This document shows positions 1 to 12,174 of a stretch of 64,000 nt of DNA, piece after piece; the stretch's first letter is position 1; each line of letters opens with the position of its first letter. Position numbers and translations under genes: made by a program. Source of the DNA: Candidatus Sumerlaeia bacterium (GTDB taxonomy: Bacteria > Sumerlaeota > Sumerlaeia > SLMS01 > JANRJK01); assembly GCA_033764015.1 (NCBI GenBank), contig JANRJK010000055.1, positions 32,001 through 96,000 of the forward strand, in the 5' to 3' direction. The notes beneath the pieces were generated by a model, which ran no database searches, had not been told where the DNA came from, and saw only the letters and a list, made by a program, of their open reading frames with translations.

Positions 1-729
1 GCGGCGGAAGCGCACCTCCCGGAAGCCCGCGCGGAGTCCGTCGTATCGCAGCAGCCGGCCGGAGAGCGGCTCGCCGATGCCGAGCAGCAGCTTCAGCGCC
101 TCCATCGCCATCAGGCTCCCCACCACGCCCGCCAGCGCGCCGAGCACGCCCGCCTGCGAACACGTCGGCACCTCGCCGTCCCGCGGCGGGTCGGGGAACA
201 GGCAGCGGTAGCACGGCGCGCCGCCGCCGGGCGTGTGCGGAAACACCGCCGCCTGGCCCTCGAACTGCAGGATCGCGCCGCTGACCAGCGGCACCCCGAG
301 CAGGTGGCACGCGTCGTTCACCAGGTAGCGCGTCGCGAAGTTGTCGGAGCCGTCGAGGACCGCGTCGGCGCCGCCGAGCAGCGCGCGCGCGTTGGCGGCG
401 CGGAGCCGCACCGCGTGCGATTCGGCGCGGGCGCCCGGGTTGATCCGCGCGGCGGCGGCGGCGGCGCTCTCCGCCTTAGCGCGGCCCACGTCCGGCGTGC
501 CGTGCGCGATCTGCCGCTGAAGGTTCGACAGCTCGACCGTGTCGTCGTCGATGATGCGCAGCGCCCCCACGCCCGCCGCCGCGAGGTAGAGCGCGGCGGG
601 CGAGCCGAGCCCGCCGGCGCCCACCAGCGCCACGGTCGCGCCGAGCAGCCGCCGCTGGCCCGCGCCGCCCACGCCGGGCAGCAGGATGTTGCGCGAATAG
701 CGCTGGATGGCGTCGTCGTCGAAGCGCAT
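1..729 (-). CDS. moeB: HesA/MoeB/ThiF-family adenylyltransferase, partial (runs off the left edge)
   Basis: Translated by hand from ATG at 729: MRFDDDAIQRYSRNILLPGVG...VGAGGLGSP...DDDTVELSNLQRQ...DGSDNFATRYLVNDAC...PCYRCLFP...CSQAGVLG. Not in the ORF track because it is open at the edge. Confidence 0.9.
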   Translation of the reverse strand, partial: MRFDDDAIQRYSRNILLPGVGGAGQRRLLGATVALVGAGGLGSPAALYLAAAGVGALRIIDDDTVELSNLQRQIAHGTPDVGRAKAESAAAAAARINPGARAESHAVRLRAANARALLGGADAVLDGSDNFATRYLVNDACHLLGVPLVSGAILQFEGQAAVFPHTPGGGAPCYRCLFPDPPRDGEVPTCSQAGVLGALAGVVGSLMAMEALKLLLGIGEPLSGRLLRYDGLRAGFREVRFRR

Positions 730-859
730 GGCGGGAAATCCCGGTCGGCGTGGCGTTCCCGCGGTCGGCGGGGGAGCGGATGGGGGGGGGCCGCGTTGCG
801 CCCCGGTGCTTTTTCCTTGCCGGTCAAGGCGCGGCGCAGTAGCTTTCGGGGCTGACCGA

Positions 860-910
860 AAGAACGAAAAAAAAGGCGTTGACTCGCGGGGTGCCCTGAG
901 GGACACCTCT
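860..910 (+). promoter_or_regulatory. Probable promoter of the tuf-S10 superoperon
   Basis: A-tract (UP-element-like) directly before TTGACT at 879-884, divergent from moeB; the -10 box is poorly matched. Confidence 0.45.
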
Positions 911-1265
911 TGGCTCGCGCGGCAAGCGGTCTTGTGTGCCTCCAGCACCGGGCCATGCGCGGGTTGCGGGTCGCGGAGTCCCTCACCGCGACGGGTTCCC
1001 TAAAGGGCCACCGCTCGTCTCTCTAGTAGGAAGCGAGGGCGCCTTCCGACCTCCGGTGATACGTCCGTGTCCCGGGGCCGAGAACAGCGCCTTCCCAACT
1101 AGAAAACGATGAAGGGCGGTAAGCGGCTGGTCCGCTCGCCGTCCGCGGTGCCCGGCGGGAAGCCGGAACGGAACAAGGGGGCCCTCCCCGGGCCGCCGCA
1201 GGACGGGGTAGCCACGCGCGCAGCGGAGCCTGCCCGCAACATCAAACGCCTTCGGAGACGCCACC

Positions 1266-2453
<1,188 letters not shown>

Positions 2454-2463
2454 CGCAACTCGG

Positions 2464-2512
2464 CGCGGGCGCCGGACGGGACCTGTTCCCGCCGGCGCCC
2501 GCGGCGCTTTTT
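2464..2512 (+). terminator. Intrinsic terminator/attenuator-like hairpin between tuf and rpsJ
   Basis: 12-bp stem CGCGGGCGCCGG (2464-2475) / CCGGCGCCCGCG (2492-2503) with an inner stem, followed by TTTTT at 2508-2512. Confidence 0.65.
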
Positions 2513-2562
2513 CCGGCCCGCCCCCGCGGCGGCGCCGCACCAGGCAAAGGACTGAACGCAAG

Positions 2563-2877
2563 ATGGCGAGCAAAGTGATCCGCATCAACCTCCGCTCCTT
2601 CGACCAGCGCCTGCTGGACTCGTCGGTCGGATCCATCGTCGAGACGGCGCGCGGCACCGGCGCCTCCATCGCCGGCCCGATCCCCATGCCGACGCGCATC
2701 CAGCGCTACACGGTCCAGCGCTCGCCGCACGGCGACAAGAAGTCGCGCGAGCAGTTCGAAATGCGGTCCCACAAGCGCCTGATCGACCTCATCGACCCGA
2801 CGCCGAAGACACTCGACGAGCTCCAGAGCCTGGACCTCCCCGCGGGCGTCCACGTCGAGATCAAGCTGACCAGCTGA
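2563..2877 (+). CDS. rpsJ: 30S ribosomal protein S10
   Basis: [39 protein letters not shown]. Confidence 0.99.
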   Translation: MASKVIRINLRSFDQRLLDSSVGSIVETARGTGASIAGPIPMPTRIQRYTVQRSPHGDKKSREQFEMRSHKRLIDLIDPTPKTLDELQSLDLPAGVHVEIKLTS

Positions 2878-3022
2878 CATACCCCCTCCCGGGTACGCGC
2901 CCCAAAGGCGAACGGCCCGGAGCAAGACGACGGAACCCACACGGCGTCGACGACCATTAAGCCGCAAAGGCGCCCCAACCGGCGACGGCGGCGCGGCATC
3001 CCCGAAGTAGCGAGAAGCCATC

Positions 3023-3652
3023 ATGGCCATCGGAATTCTTGGTAAAAAGCTTGGAATGAGCCAAATGTTCGACGAGAACGGCTCCCTCATTCCCGTGACG
3101 CTGATCCAGGCCGGGCCCTGCCCGGTCCTCGAGAAGCGCGTGAAGGACCGCGACGGCTACACCGCCGTCCAGCTCGGCTTCGACGAGCAGAAGGCGAGCC
3201 GCGTCAACAAGCCGGACGCCGGACGCTTCGCCAAGGCCGGCGCCGCGCCGCAGCGCTTCGTCCGCGAATTCCGCGGCGACGGCGCCGCCGCGCTCGAAGT
3301 CGGACAGTCCGTCGACGTCAATATCTTCGCCGCCGGCGAAAAGGTGGACATCACCGGCACCAGCCGGGGACGCGGCTTCGCCGGCCCCCGCAAGCGCCAC
3401 CACCTCACCCCCGGCCCCGTGACGCACGGTTCCATGTACCACAACCGCGTCGGCTCCAACGGCGGCTCCTCCTTCCCCTCCCGCACCTTCCCGGGGAAGA
3501 AGATGTCCGGCCACATGGGCGACTCCCGCGTCACCGTCAAGAAGCTCACCGTCGTCAAGACCGACCCCGAGAACAACCTCCTCATTGTCAAGGGGTCTGT
3601 CCCGGGATCGCCCGACGGCTACGTCATGGTCCACAAGCTGGCCGACAAGTAA
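3023..3652 (+). CDS. rplC: 50S ribosomal protein L3
   Basis: GILGKKLGMSQ, DGYTAVQLG, KKMSGHMG, KGSVPG; synteny. Confidence 0.99.
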   Translation: MAIGILGKKLGMSQMFDENGSLIPVTLIQAGPCPVLEKRVKDRDGYTAVQLGFDEQKASRVNKPDAGRFAKAGAAPQRFVREFRGDGAAALEVGQSVDVNIFAAGEKVDITGTSRGRGFAGPRKRHHLTPGPVTHGSMYHNRVGSNGGSSFPSRTFPGKKMSGHMGDSRVTVKKLTVVKTDPENNLLIVKGSVPGSPDGYVMVHKLADK

Positions 3653-3680
3653 CCGCTGAGAGAAGAGCAGGAATCGAACG

Positions 3681-4310
3681 ATGCCTACTGTGGCCATGAA
3701 GAAACTGGACGGCTCCGCGAACGGCTCCCTCGAGCTGTCCGCCGAAGCGTTCCCCGCCGAAGGCAACTCCTTCGTCGTCCGCGAGGCGCTCAACGCCTTC
3801 GAGGCGAACCAGCGCCAGGGCACGCACTCCACGAAGACCCGCGGCTTCGTCTCCGGCGGCGGCAAGAAGCCGTGGCGCCAGAAGGGCACGGGCCGCGCCC
3901 GCGCCGGCTCCACGCGCTCCCCGATCTGGCGCCACGGCGCCATCGTCTTCGGACCGAAGCCGCGCGACTACCGCGAGAAGGTGAACCGCCGCAAGCGGCG
4001 CATCGCCCTCTCCGCGGTCCTCGGCGCCCGCCTCGCGGAAGGTCGCCTCCTCGTGATCGACAGCGCCGAAGGCGCCCCGGTCCGCACCAAGGAAGTCGCC
4101 GCCCTCGCCAAGCGCCTCGGCGCCCAGGGCCGCACGCTCTTCGTCACCCGCGAAGTCAACGACGCGCTCGTCCGCTCCACCCGCAACCACCCGATGATCG
4201 GTGTCCAGGTCGCGAACGCGCTCGATGTGTACCAACTGCTCTGCGCCGAAACGCTCGTCTTCACCAAGGACGCGCTCGAAGCGGTGCAGGCGAATCTCGA
4301 GAAGAACTGA
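3681..4310 (+). CDS. rplD: 50S ribosomal protein L4
   Basis: RQGTHSTKTR, KPWRQKGTGRARAG, FGPKPRDY. Confidence 0.99.
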   Translation: MPTVAMKKLDGSANGSLELSAEAFPAEGNSFVVREALNAFEANQRQGTHSTKTRGFVSGGGKKPWRQKGTGRARAGSTRSPIWRHGAIVFGPKPRDYREKVNRRKRRIALSAVLGARLAEGRLLVIDSAEGAPVRTKEVAALAKRLGAQGRTLFVTREVNDALVRSTRNHPMIGVQVANALDVYQLLCAETLVFTKDALEAVQANLEKN

Positions 4311-4324
4311 GGAGCCCGCGGCCG

Positions 4325-4612
4325 ATGCGCTCGCCCTATAAAATCATCCTCCGGCCCGTCTTCACGGAGCGCGCGGTCGCGCTCCAGCAGCTCGCCGATC
4401 CGCAGTACACGTTCGACGTGCTCCCCGACGCCAACAAGCGCGAGATCCGCTCGGCGGTCGAGCAGGCCTTCAACGTGAAGGTCAGCGCCGTCAACACGAT
4501 CGTCCGCAAGGGCAAGGCGGGACGCTTCGGCTTCTCCCGCATGGGCCGCCGCGCCGAACGCAAGCTCGCCATCGTCACCCTGGCTCCCGGCCAGAAGATC
4601 GAATTCGTCTAA
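4325..4612 (+). CDS. rplW: 50S ribosomal protein L23
   Basis: [15 protein letters not shown]...[23 protein letters not shown]...KLAIVTL; real start lies inside the longer track ORF. Confidence 0.97.
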   Translation: MRSPYKIILRPVFTERAVALQQLADPQYTFDVLPDANKREIRSAVEQAFNVKVSAVNTIVRKGKAGRFGFSRMGRRAERKLAIVTLAPGQKIEFV

Positions 4613-4658
4613 AGGAGACCCGGCCCCCGCGGGCCGGCGGAAACGAGAGCCAGAGACC

Positions 4659-5486
4659 ATGGGTATCAAAGTCTACAAGCCCTACACGCCGGTGCGCCGC
4701 ACGCTCACCTCGCTCGACTACAGCGAGCTGACGAAGGTGCGCCCCTACAAGCCCCTGACGTTCCGCCTGAAGAAGAACTCGGGACACAACAACCAGGGCG
4801 TCATCACCTCCCGCTTCCGGGGCGGCGGCCACCGCCGCCTCTACCGCATGATCGACTTCAAGCGCCGCAAGGACGGGATCCCCGCGAAGGTCGCCACCCT
4901 CGAGTACGACCCCAACCGGACCGCCTTCATCGCGCTGCTCAACTACGCGGACGGCGAGAAGCGCTACATCATCGCCCCCAAGGGCCTCACCGTCGGCCAG
5001 ACGATCATGAACGGACCGGCCGCGGACGTGCGCGTGGGCAACTGCCTCCCGCTCTCCAACATCCCCGTGGGCCAGACGATCCACAACATCGAGATGAAGC
5101 CCGGCCGCGGCGGACAGCTCGTGCGCAGCGCCGGCCTCGGCGCCACGCTCGTCGCCCGCGAAGGCGCCTACGCCACCGTCCGCCTCCCGTCCGGTGAAAT
5201 GCGCCTGATCCCCACCGCCTGCCGCGCCACCATCGGCGAAGTCGGCAACTCGGACCACGCGAACGTCACGATCGGCAAGGCCGGACGCAGCCGCTGGGTC
5301 GGGCGCCGCCCGCACAACCGCGGCGTCGCCATGAACCCCGTCGACCACCCCATGGGCGGCGGCGAGGGCAAGACCTCCGGCGGACGTCCGAGCTGCTCGC
5401 CTTGGGGCAAGCCGGCGAAGGGCGGGAAGACCCGCTCGAAGCGCAACCCGTCGGACAAGTTCATCGTCAAGCGCCGCACCAAGTAA
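4659..5486 (+). CDS. rplB: 50S ribosomal protein L2
   Basis: [30 protein letters not shown]. Confidence 0.99.
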   Translation: MGIKVYKPYTPVRRTLTSLDYSELTKVRPYKPLTFRLKKNSGHNNQGVITSRFRGGGHRRLYRMIDFKRRKDGIPAKVATLEYDPNRTAFIALLNYADGEKRYIIAPKGLTVGQTIMNGPAADVRVGNCLPLSNIPVGQTIHNIEMKPGRGGQLVRSAGLGATLVAREGAYATVRLPSGEMRLIPTACRATIGEVGNSDHANVTIGKAGRSRWVGRRPHNRGVAMNPVDHPMGGGEGKTSGGRPSCSPWGKPAKGGKTRSKRNPSDKFIVKRRTK

Positions 5487-5535
5487 GCGCACCGGAAACC
5501 AGAGACCTTAGACCCAGACCAAGCGGACAACGAAC

Positions 5536-5817
5536 ATGGCAAGATCACTCAAAAAGGGACCCTTCGCGGACGCCCACCTCCTCGAGAAGGTCGAGAAGCT
5601 CAACGCTTCCGGCGAGAAGAAGATCATCAAGACCTGGTCCCGCCGCTCGACGGTCTTCCCCGACATGATCGGCCACACCTTCGCCGTCCACAACGGCAAG
5701 GGGTTCATCCCCGTCTTCGTCTCGGAGAACATGGTCGGCCACAAGCTCGGCGAGTTCGCCCCCACGCGCACCTTCAAGGCGCACGGCGGCAAGACCGCCA
5801 AGACGACGAAGAAGTAA
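5536..5817 (+). CDS. rpsS: 30S ribosomal protein S19
   Basis: [30 protein letters not shown]. Confidence 0.99.
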   Translation: MARSLKKGPFADAHLLEKVEKLNASGEKKIIKTWSRRSTVFPDMIGHTFAVHNGKGFIPVFVSENMVGHKLGEFAPTRTFKAHGGKTAKTTKK

Positions 5818-5846
5818 GCACGGAACGGAAAGCGAGCACACCGACC

Positions 5847-6224
5847 ATGTCGAAGAAGCCCACGAAGCTCTACACGAACGACGGACGCGAGATCGTTGCC
5901 CGCTGCAAGGTGAGCAACGCCCAGACCTCCGCCCGCAAGATGGCGCTCGTCGCCGACCTGATCCGCGGCAAGTCGGTGGCGGAGGCGCTGGAGGTACTCA
6001 CCTTCACGCACCGCCCCTCCGCCCAGCCGATCGTCGAGAAGGCGCTCCGCAGCGCCATCGCCAACGCCGAGCGCAGCATCCCGAACCCGATGGAACTCCG
6101 CGTCGGAGAGATCATCGTCGAGGGCGGCACCATCATGTACCGCCGCTGCTACGCCCCCAAGGGCCGCCCCGTACCGATCCGCGTCCGCCGGAGCCACCTG
6201 CACTTGCACCTGACCGAAGCGTAA
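5847..6224 (+). CDS. rplV: 50S ribosomal protein L22
   Basis: [22 protein letters not shown]; synteny. Confidence 0.96.
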   Translation: MSKKPTKLYTNDGREIVARCKVSNAQTSARKMALVADLIRGKSVAEALEVLTFTHRPSAQPIVEKALRSAIANAERSIPNPMELRVGEIIVEGGTIMYRRCYAPKGRPVPIRVRRSHLHLHLTEA

Positions 6225-6255
6225 ACGCGCTCACCGACCGTACCGGAGACCACCT

Positions 6256-6912
6256 GTGGGACAGAAAACGCATCCTTACGGCTTCCGCCTCGGATTCATC
6301 CGCGACTGGCAGTCGCGCTGGTTCTCGCCGAAGAACTACGCGGAGCTCCTCCACGAGGACCTGCGGATCCGGCGCTACATCAAGCAGCGCTTCCAGAAGG
6401 CGGGCGTGGCGAAGATCGAAATGGAGCGCGATAGCAAGCGCCTCAAGATCACGATCCACACCGCCCGCCCCGGCATCGTGATCGGCAAGAAGGGCGCCGA
6501 GATCGAAGACCTCCGGGCCAAGATCGGCACGATGACCGACAAGCAGATCATCGTGAATATCGAGGAGATCAAGCGCCCCGACACGGTCGCCCAGCTCGTC
6601 GCCGAGAACATCGCCGGACAGCTCGAGCGCCGCATCAGCTTCCGCCGCGCCATGAAGAAGACCGTCCAGGGCTGCATGAAGGCCGGCTGCCTCGGCATCA
6701 AGATCATGTGCGCAGGACGCCTCGGAGGCGCGGAAATGTCCCGCACCGAGTGGTACCGCGAAGGCCGCGTGCCCCTCCACACGCTCCGCGCGGACGTCGA
6801 GTACGGCTTCGCCGAAGCCGCCACCAAGTACGGCCGCATCGGCGTCAAGGTCCACATTTTCAAGGGCGAAATCTTCGACAAGGACAAGAAGCCCGCCAAG
6901 GCCACCGCCTAA
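6256..6912 (+). CDS. rpsC: 30S ribosomal protein S3
   Basis: [36 protein letters not shown] start. Confidence 0.99.
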   Translation: MGQKTHPYGFRLGFIRDWQSRWFSPKNYAELLHEDLRIRRYIKQRFQKAGVAKIEMERDSKRLKITIHTARPGIVIGKKGAEIEDLRAKIGTMTDKQIIVNIEEIKRPDTVAQLVAENIAGQLERRISFRRAMKKTVQGCMKAGCLGIKIMCAGRLGGAEMSRTEWYREGRVPLHTLRADVEYGFAEAATKYGRIGVKVHIFKGEIFDKDKKPAKATA

Positions 6913-6983
6913 GGGCGCCCCGCGCGGCATTCGCGCGGGCCCCCGGCGGAACCCACCACGGGTATTCCGAAGGATAACGAACC

Positions 6984-7430
6984 ATGCTGGCTCCCAAGCG
7001 CATCAAGCACCGCAAAGTCCAGAAGGGGAAGCGCCGCGGCAAGGCTTACCGCGGCAGCGACCTCACCTACGGCAAGTTCGGCATCCGCGCCGTCGAGTGC
7101 GGATGGGTCTCGAACCGCCAGATCGAGGCGGCCCGCGTCGCCATCTCGCGCCACATCAAGCGCGGCGGCAAGGTCTGGATCCGCATCTTCCCGGACAAGC
7201 CCCTCACCGTGAAGCCGGCGGAAACCCGCATGGGCAAGGGCAAGGGCAACCCCGAGCACTGGGTGGCGGTCGTCAAGCCGGGCCGCATCCTGTTCGAGCT
7301 CGACGGCGTCACCGAGGACCTCGCCCGCGGCGCCCTCGAACGCGCCATCCAGAAGCTCGCCGTCAAGGCGAAGTTCTTCAAGGCCGAAGAGGTCGCCACC
7401 GACGCCTCCTCCGCCACACCCGCCGCCTGA
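6984..7430 (+). CDS. rplP: 50S ribosomal protein L16
   Basis: [24 protein letters not shown]. Confidence 0.99.
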   Translation: MLAPKRIKHRKVQKGKRRGKAYRGSDLTYGKFGIRAVECGWVSNRQIEAARVAISRHIKRGGKVWIRIFPDKPLTVKPAETRMGKGKGNPEHWVAVVKPGRILFELDGVTEDLARGALERAIQKLAVKAKFFKAEEVATDASSATPAA

Positions 7431-7462
7431 CGGCCCGACGACGAACAAGGATAGCCACGATC

Positions 7463-7696
7463 ATGGCCGACAGCACGCCCATTAGCGCCAAGAAGCTCCG
7501 CGAGATGACGGACGACGAACTCCAGGTGGCCGCGGCGGAATTCCTCCGCTCCCAGTTCGAGTTCCGCATCAAGTCCGCCACCAACGACCTCGCACAGCCC
7601 CACCTCGTCCGCGTGAAGCGCCGCGACTACGCGCGCCTCATGACCATCCTCGGCGAACGCCGCCGCCAGAACGCCGCCGCCGCGGAGGCCAAGTGA
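7463..7696 (+). CDS. rpmC: 50S ribosomal protein L29
   Basis: [10 protein letters not shown]...[34 protein letters not shown]; lies between rplP and rpsQ. Confidence 0.93.
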   Translation: MADSTPISAKKLREMTDDELQVAAAEFLRSQFEFRIKSATNDLAQPHLVRVKRRDYARLMTILGERRRQNAAAAEAK

Positions 7697-7998
7697 GCAC
7701 CATGACCGAGCAGCAGAGCACCACCGCGCCCGCCGACCGCACCGGGACCAAGCGCCCCAAGACCCGCGTCGGCATCGTCACCAGCGCCAAGATGCAGAAG
7801 ACCATCGTCGTCTCCTTCGACCGTCTGGTGAAGCACCCGCTCTACAAGAAGTACATCCGGCGCACCAAGAAGTTCTACGCCCACGACGAAGCCAACGAGG
7901 CGCGCGAGGGCGACACGGTCGAGATCTCCGAAGTGACGCGTCCGCTCAGCCGCACCAAGCGCTGGAAGCTGGTCCGCGTCGTCGAGCGCGCCAAGTAA
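7693..7998 (+). CDS. rpsQ: 30S ribosomal protein S17
   Basis: [27 protein letters not shown]; start is GTG 7693 or ATG 7702. Confidence 0.98.
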   Translation: MSTMTEQQSTTAPADRTGTKRPKTRVGIVTSAKMQKTIVVSFDRLVKHPLYKKYIRRTKKFYAHDEANEAREGDTVEISEVTRPLSRTKRWKLVRVVERAK

Positions 7999-8059
7999 CC
8001 CTGAAGAACCCCGGCCCGCGCCCGCCGCGGCGACCGCAGAAGAGAACGAGGAAGTCGCC

Positions 8060-8428
8060 ATGATCCAGGAATACACGGTCCTCCAAGTCGCCGACAACTC
8101 CGGCGCCCGCAAGATCCGCTGCTTCAAGGTCCTCGGAGGCACCCGCCGCCGCTACGCCTCCATCGGCGACATCATCGTCGCCTCGGTGCGCGACGCGGAC
8201 CCCCAGGGCAACGTCAAGAAAGGCACGGTGGTGCGCGCCGTCGTCGTCCGAACCCGCAAGGAAGTCGGACGCGAGGACGGCAGCTACATCCGCTTCGACG
8301 ACAACGCCGCCGTCATCATCAACAAGGACCGCGAACCTGTCGGGACGCGCATCTTCGGCGCCGTCGGCCGCGAACTCCGCGCGAAGAAGTACATGAAGAT
8401 CATCTCCCTCGCACCGGAGGTCATGTGA
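8060..8428 (+). CDS. rplN: 50S ribosomal protein L14
   Basis: [30 protein letters not shown]. Confidence 0.99.
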   Translation: MIQEYTVLQVADNSGARKIRCFKVLGGTRRRYASIGDIIVASVRDADPQGNVKKGTVVRAVVVRTRKEVGREDGSYIRFDDNAAVIINKDREPVGTRIFGAVGRELRAKKYMKIISLAPEVM

Positions 8429-8431
8429 GCC

Positions 8432-8785
8432 ATGGCAGCTAAGATCCGCAAAGGCGACCTGGTGCAGGTCATCTCCGGCCCGGGCAGCGGCCAGGACGGC
8501 CAGCCCGCGAAGCGCGGCCGCGTCCTCGAAGTCTTCCCCGACTCCGGCAAGGTCCTCGTCGAAGGCGTGAACGTCGTCACGAAGAACCGCCGCGAGGCGC
8601 GCAACAAGGCGGGCCAGGTCACCGGCGGCCGCACCACGCAGGAGGCGGCCATCCCCGCCAGCCGCGTGGCGCTCGTCGACCCCGCCACCGACAAGCCGAC
8701 CCGCGTCGGCTTCAACACGAACGAAAAGGGCGAAAAGGTACGTGTCGCCCGCACCAAGGGTACGGGAACCGTCCTCGACAACTGA
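8432..8785 (+). CDS. rplX: 50S ribosomal protein L24
   Basis: [29 protein letters not shown]. Confidence 0.97.
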   Translation: MAAKIRKGDLVQVISGPGSGQDGQPAKRGRVLEVFPDSGKVLVEGVNVVTKNRREARNKAGQVTGGRTTQEAAIPASRVALVDPATDKPTRVGFNTNEKGEKVRVARTKGTGTVLDN

Positions 8786-8837
8786 CCGCCCCGAGGGGCG
8801 AAACCCCGCACCAGGAACAGGAAGGCAGAAGGTCACC

Positions 8838-9452
8838 ATGGCAACACCCCCGAAGAGCGCTCCCGAAGGCGGCCGCTACACCGACGCCCCGGTCCCCACG
8901 CTCGAGAACTACGTCCCGCGCCTGAAGGCGAAGTACCTCGCGGAAGTGCGCCCCGCGCTCCAGAAGAAGTTCGGCTACGCCAACGTGATGCAAATCCCCC
9001 GCATCGAGAAGGTCGTGGTCAACATGGGCGTCGGCGCCGCGACGCGCGACATCAAGGAGCTCGACTCCGCGGAGAAGGAACTCGCGATCGTCACCGGCCA
9101 GAAGCCGCGCACCACGCGCGCCAAGGTCTCCGTCGCCCAGTTCAAGGTCCGCGAAGGCATGCCCGTCGGCTGCTTCGTCACGCTGCGCGGCGACCGCATG
9201 TACGAGTTCCTCGACCGCCTGATCCACATCGCCCTGCCCCGCATCCGCGACTTCCGCGGCCTCCCGGGCAAGGCGTTCGACGGCCGCGGCAACCACTCCC
9301 TCGGCATCCGCGAGCACGCGATCTTCATCGAGCTCGACTACAACATGATCTCCCGCAACCGCGGCATGAACATCACCACCGTCACCACGGCCAAGACCGA
9401 CGCGGAGGCGAAGGAACTCCTCGCCCTGTTCGGAATGCCGTTCCGCAACTGA
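8838..9452 (+). CDS. rplE: 50S ribosomal protein L5
   Basis: [36 protein letters not shown] 8838 gives a ~25-aa N-terminal extension. Confidence 0.98.
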   Translation: MATPPKSAPEGGRYTDAPVPTLENYVPRLKAKYLAEVRPALQKKFGYANVMQIPRIEKVVVNMGVGAATRDIKELDSAEKELAIVTGQKPRTTRAKVSVAQFKVREGMPVGCFVTLRGDRMYEFLDRLIHIALPRIRDFRGLPGKAFDGRGNHSLGIREHAIFIELDYNMISRNRGMNITTVTTAKTDAEAKELLALFGMPFRN

Positions 9453-9480
9453 CCGCCGAGAGAAAGGACCGTACACCCCC

Positions 9481-9666
9481 GTGGCTCGACTTAGTCTCCG
9501 CGTAAAGGCCCAGAAGACGCCGAAGTTCAAGGCGCGCAAGTACAACCGCTGCCCGCTGTGCGGCCGCTCCCGGGCCTTCCTGCGCCAGTTCAACATGTGC
9601 CGCTGCTGCTTCCGCAAGCTGGCCAACGAAGGCCAGGTGCCGGGCGTCCGCAAGGCCTCCTGGTGA
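9481..9666 (+). CDS. rpsN: 30S ribosomal protein S14, short zinc-binding type
   Basis: 61 aa, RCPLCGR...MCRCCFR...PGVRKASW. Confidence 0.98.
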   Translation: MARLSLRVKAQKTPKFKARKYNRCPLCGRSRAFLRQFNMCRCCFRKLANEGQVPGVRKASW

Positions 9667-9709
9667 ACCGCGGCCGGCCGAACCGAGAATCGAGGACAAA
9701 GAGGCTCCC

Positions 9710-10105
9710 ATGACCGATCCAATCGCAGACATGCTCACCCGGATCCGGAACGCCAACTCCGCGGGCCACGACCATGTGGACATCCCCGCCTCGCGCGTGA
9801 AGGTTTCGATCGCCCGAATCCTCAAGGACGAGGGCTTCATCAAGTACTACAAGGTCATCCGCCAGAACGGCAAGTCGGGGCACATCCGAGTGTTCCTCAA
9901 GTACGGTCCGGCCAAGGAGCGCGTCATCGGCGGTCTCGACCGCGTGTCGAAGCCAGGGATGCGCCGCTACCTCAAGTCGACCGAGATCCCCCGCGTCATG
10001 GGTGGCCTCGGGATCACGATCCTCTCCACATCGGCGGGGATCATGACGGGCAACGAAGCCCGCCAGAAGCACGTCGGAGGCGAGATCCTCTGCACGGTTT
10101 ACTGA
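9710..10105 (+). CDS. rpsH: 30S ribosomal protein S8
   Basis: [23 protein letters not shown]. Confidence 0.99.
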   Translation: MTDPIADMLTRIRNANSAGHDHVDIPASRVKVSIARILKDEGFIKYYKVIRQNGKSGHIRVFLKYGPAKERVIGGLDRVSKPGMRRYLKSTEIPRVMGGLGITILSTSAGIMTGNEARQKHVGGEILCTVY

Positions 10106-10160
10106 CCCGGCGCGCCCCAGCGGCGCCTCGCCGGGCGGACTCGCAGAATGGTGAACCACT

Positions 10161-10703
10161 ATGAGCCGCATTGGTAAAGTCCCCGTCCCCGTCCCCTCCG
10201 GCGTCCAGATCAGCATCGGAGCGGGCACCGTCTCGGCCAAGGGCCCCAAGGGCACCCTGGCCGTCGAGACGCTCGGCCATGTCGACGTCAAGCTCGAAGA
10301 GGGCAAGGTCCACGTCCGCCGCTACGACGACAGCCGCCGCAGCAAGGCCTTCCACGGCCTCTACCAGCGCCTGATCACCAACATCGTGAACGGCGTGGCG
10401 ACCGGCTTCAAGAAGGAACTGGAAATCCAGGGCATCGGCTACAAGGCAGCCCTGCAAGGCAAGGATACGATCGTCCTCAACGTGGGCCTCTCGCACCAAG
10501 TCGAGTTCAAGGTCCCCGCGGGCGTCCTCGTCCAGGTCCCGAAGCCGACCACGATCCTGCTCGAGAGCGCCGACAAGCAGCTCCTCGGGCAGACCGCCGC
10601 CAACCTCCGCGGGGTGCGCCCCCCGGAGCCCTACGGCGGCAAGGGCATCCGCTACGCAGGCGAGCGCGTTGTCCTCAAGGAAGGCAAGAAGTCCACCAAG
10701 TAA
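10161..10703 (+). CDS. rplF: 50S ribosomal protein L6
   Basis: MSRIGK, KGPKG, RPPEPYGGKGIRY. Confidence 0.99.
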   Translation: MSRIGKVPVPVPSGVQISIGAGTVSAKGPKGTLAVETLGHVDVKLEEGKVHVRRYDDSRRSKAFHGLYQRLITNIVNGVATGFKKELEIQGIGYKAALQGKDTIVLNVGLSHQVEFKVPAGVLVQVPKPTTILLESADKQLLGQTAANLRGVRPPEPYGGKGIRYAGERVVLKEGKKSTK

Positions 10704-10724
10704 CCGCCCGAAGGCAGCAAGACG

Positions 10725-11096
10725 ATGAAACTCACCCGCAACGAAAGCATCCGGCGCCGCCACCTGCGCCTCCGCAACAAGATCGCCGGAACCCCCGAGC
10801 GGCCGCGCCTCTACGTCCGCCGCACGCTCAAGCACCTGCATGTGCAGGTGTTCGACGACAGCCTGGACCGCGGCTCCCGCACGCTCTTCTCCATCTCGAC
10901 CTACCAGCTCGAGGGCGCGGAGAAGGGCGGCCACTACGCCAACGTCAAGAGCGCGGCGGAGTTCGGCAAGAAGGCCGCCGCGGAGATCTCCTCCAAGGGC
11001 ATCTCCGCCGTCGTGTTCGACCGCGGCGGCTACAAGTACCACGGCGTCGTCAAGGCGCTCGCCGACGGGCTCCGCGAAGGCGGACTCCAGTTCTAA
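10725..11096 (+). CDS. rplR: 50S ribosomal protein L18
   Basis: [26 protein letters not shown]. Confidence 0.99.
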   Translation: MKLTRNESIRRRHLRLRNKIAGTPERPRLYVRRTLKHLHVQVFDDSLDRGSRTLFSISTYQLEGAEKGGHYANVKSAAEFGKKAAAEISSKGISAVVFDRGGYKYHGVVKALADGLREGGLQF

Positions 11097-11145
11097 GCAC
11101 CCAACCCAAGAACAACGCAGCACGAGTCGAAAGGATATCCGCGAC

Positions 11146-11922
11146 GTGAGCGAACACCTCGATCCAAACATGGAACAGCCGGAACTCGAAGAGGGCTCCG
11201 CGGCGGATGGCGCGGACGCGGCCGTCGCCGTCGAAGACCTTCCCGGCGTGCGCGAGCACCTCGCGCCGATCGACCCGAGCCAGCTCGAACTCCGCGAAAC
11301 GACGATCTGCCTCAACCGCGTCGCCAAGGTCGTGAAGGGCGGGCGCAACTTCACGTTCGCCGCCTGCATGGTCGTCGGCGACGGGCGCGGACACGTCGGC
11401 GTCGGCTTCGGCAAGGCCAAGGAAGTCCCCGACGCGATCCAGAAGGCGATCTCCTCCGCCAAGAAGAACATGATCCGCGTCCCCATGGTGGGCCGCACGG
11501 TCCCCTACGAGGTCATGGGCCTCTTCGGAGCCTCGAAGGTCATGGTCAAGCCCGCCGCGGAAGGTACCGGCATCATCGCCGGACCCGCCGCCCGCGCGGT
11601 CCTCGAATACGCCGGCGTCCGCGACGTCCTCACCAAGAGCCTCGGCTCGGCCAACCAGATGAACGTGGCGAAGGCCACCCTCGAGGCGCTCCGCTCCATG
11701 GGCAACGCCGAGATCATCGTGCGCCGCCGCGGCAAGACGCTCGAAGAGGTCCTGGGGCAGAAGGGCGCCGAGCGCTACCGCGCCGGACGCCAGGAGGCCC
11801 TCCATATGAAGGCCGAGGTCCAGGCGCAGACGCAGCGCCAGGAGAAGACACGCCGCGGCACCTACACCGCCGGCGGACGCGACGACGACGAAGAGGAGTC
11901 GGGCGGCGCGCCCAAGGCTTGA
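11146..11922 (+). CDS. rpsE: 30S ribosomal protein S5 with N- and C-terminal extensions
   Basis: [28 protein letters not shown]; start is GTG 11146 (AAGGA upstream) or ATG 11170. Confidence 0.97.
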   Translation: MSEHLDPNMEQPELEEGSAADGADAAVAVEDLPGVREHLAPIDPSQLELRETTICLNRVAKVVKGGRNFTFAACMVVGDGRGHVGVGFGKAKEVPDAIQKAISSAKKNMIRVPMVGRTVPYEVMGLFGASKVMVKPAAEGTGIIAGPAARAVLEYAGVRDVLTKSLGSANQMNVAKATLEALRSMGNAEIIVRRRGKTLEEVLGQKGAERYRAGRQEALHMKAEVQAQTQRQEKTRRGTYTAGGRDDDEEESGGAPKA

Positions 11923-11985
11923 TCCACGAGCCCTGCCGCACGCCCTGCCCGATAGGCCCGATTCTCGTTTAAAAGGACACCCAAG

Positions 11986-12174
11986 ATGAGCGCCACGAAA
12001 CTTAGAGTCACCCTGAAGAAGAGCCTGATCTCGGAAATCGAGCCCAACCGGCGCACCGTCGAGGCGCTCGGCCTCCGCAAGATCAACCAGACCGTGGAGC
12101 ACGCCGACACACCGGCCATCCGAGGGATGATCCACAAGGTCGACTACATGGTGGAAGTCGAGGAAATCAACTGA
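11986..12174 (+). CDS. rpmD: 50S ribosomal protein L30
   Basis: LRVTLKKS, LGLRKI, DTPAIRGMI. Confidence 0.97.
   Translation: MSATKLRVTLKKSLISEIEPNRRTVEALGLRKINQTVEHADTPAIRGMIHKVDYMVEVEEIN

Noticed and set aside
856..1265. tRNA cluster, SRP RNA or RNase P RNA upstream of tuf
   Set aside because: No T-loop GTTCRA with cloverleaf or CCA end, and no SRP or RNase P signature motifs.
4637..5510. Shared GGAAAC...CCAGAGACC motif upstream of rplB and rpsS
   Set aside because: Only two short copies; compatible with chance or purine-rich translation-initiation regions.
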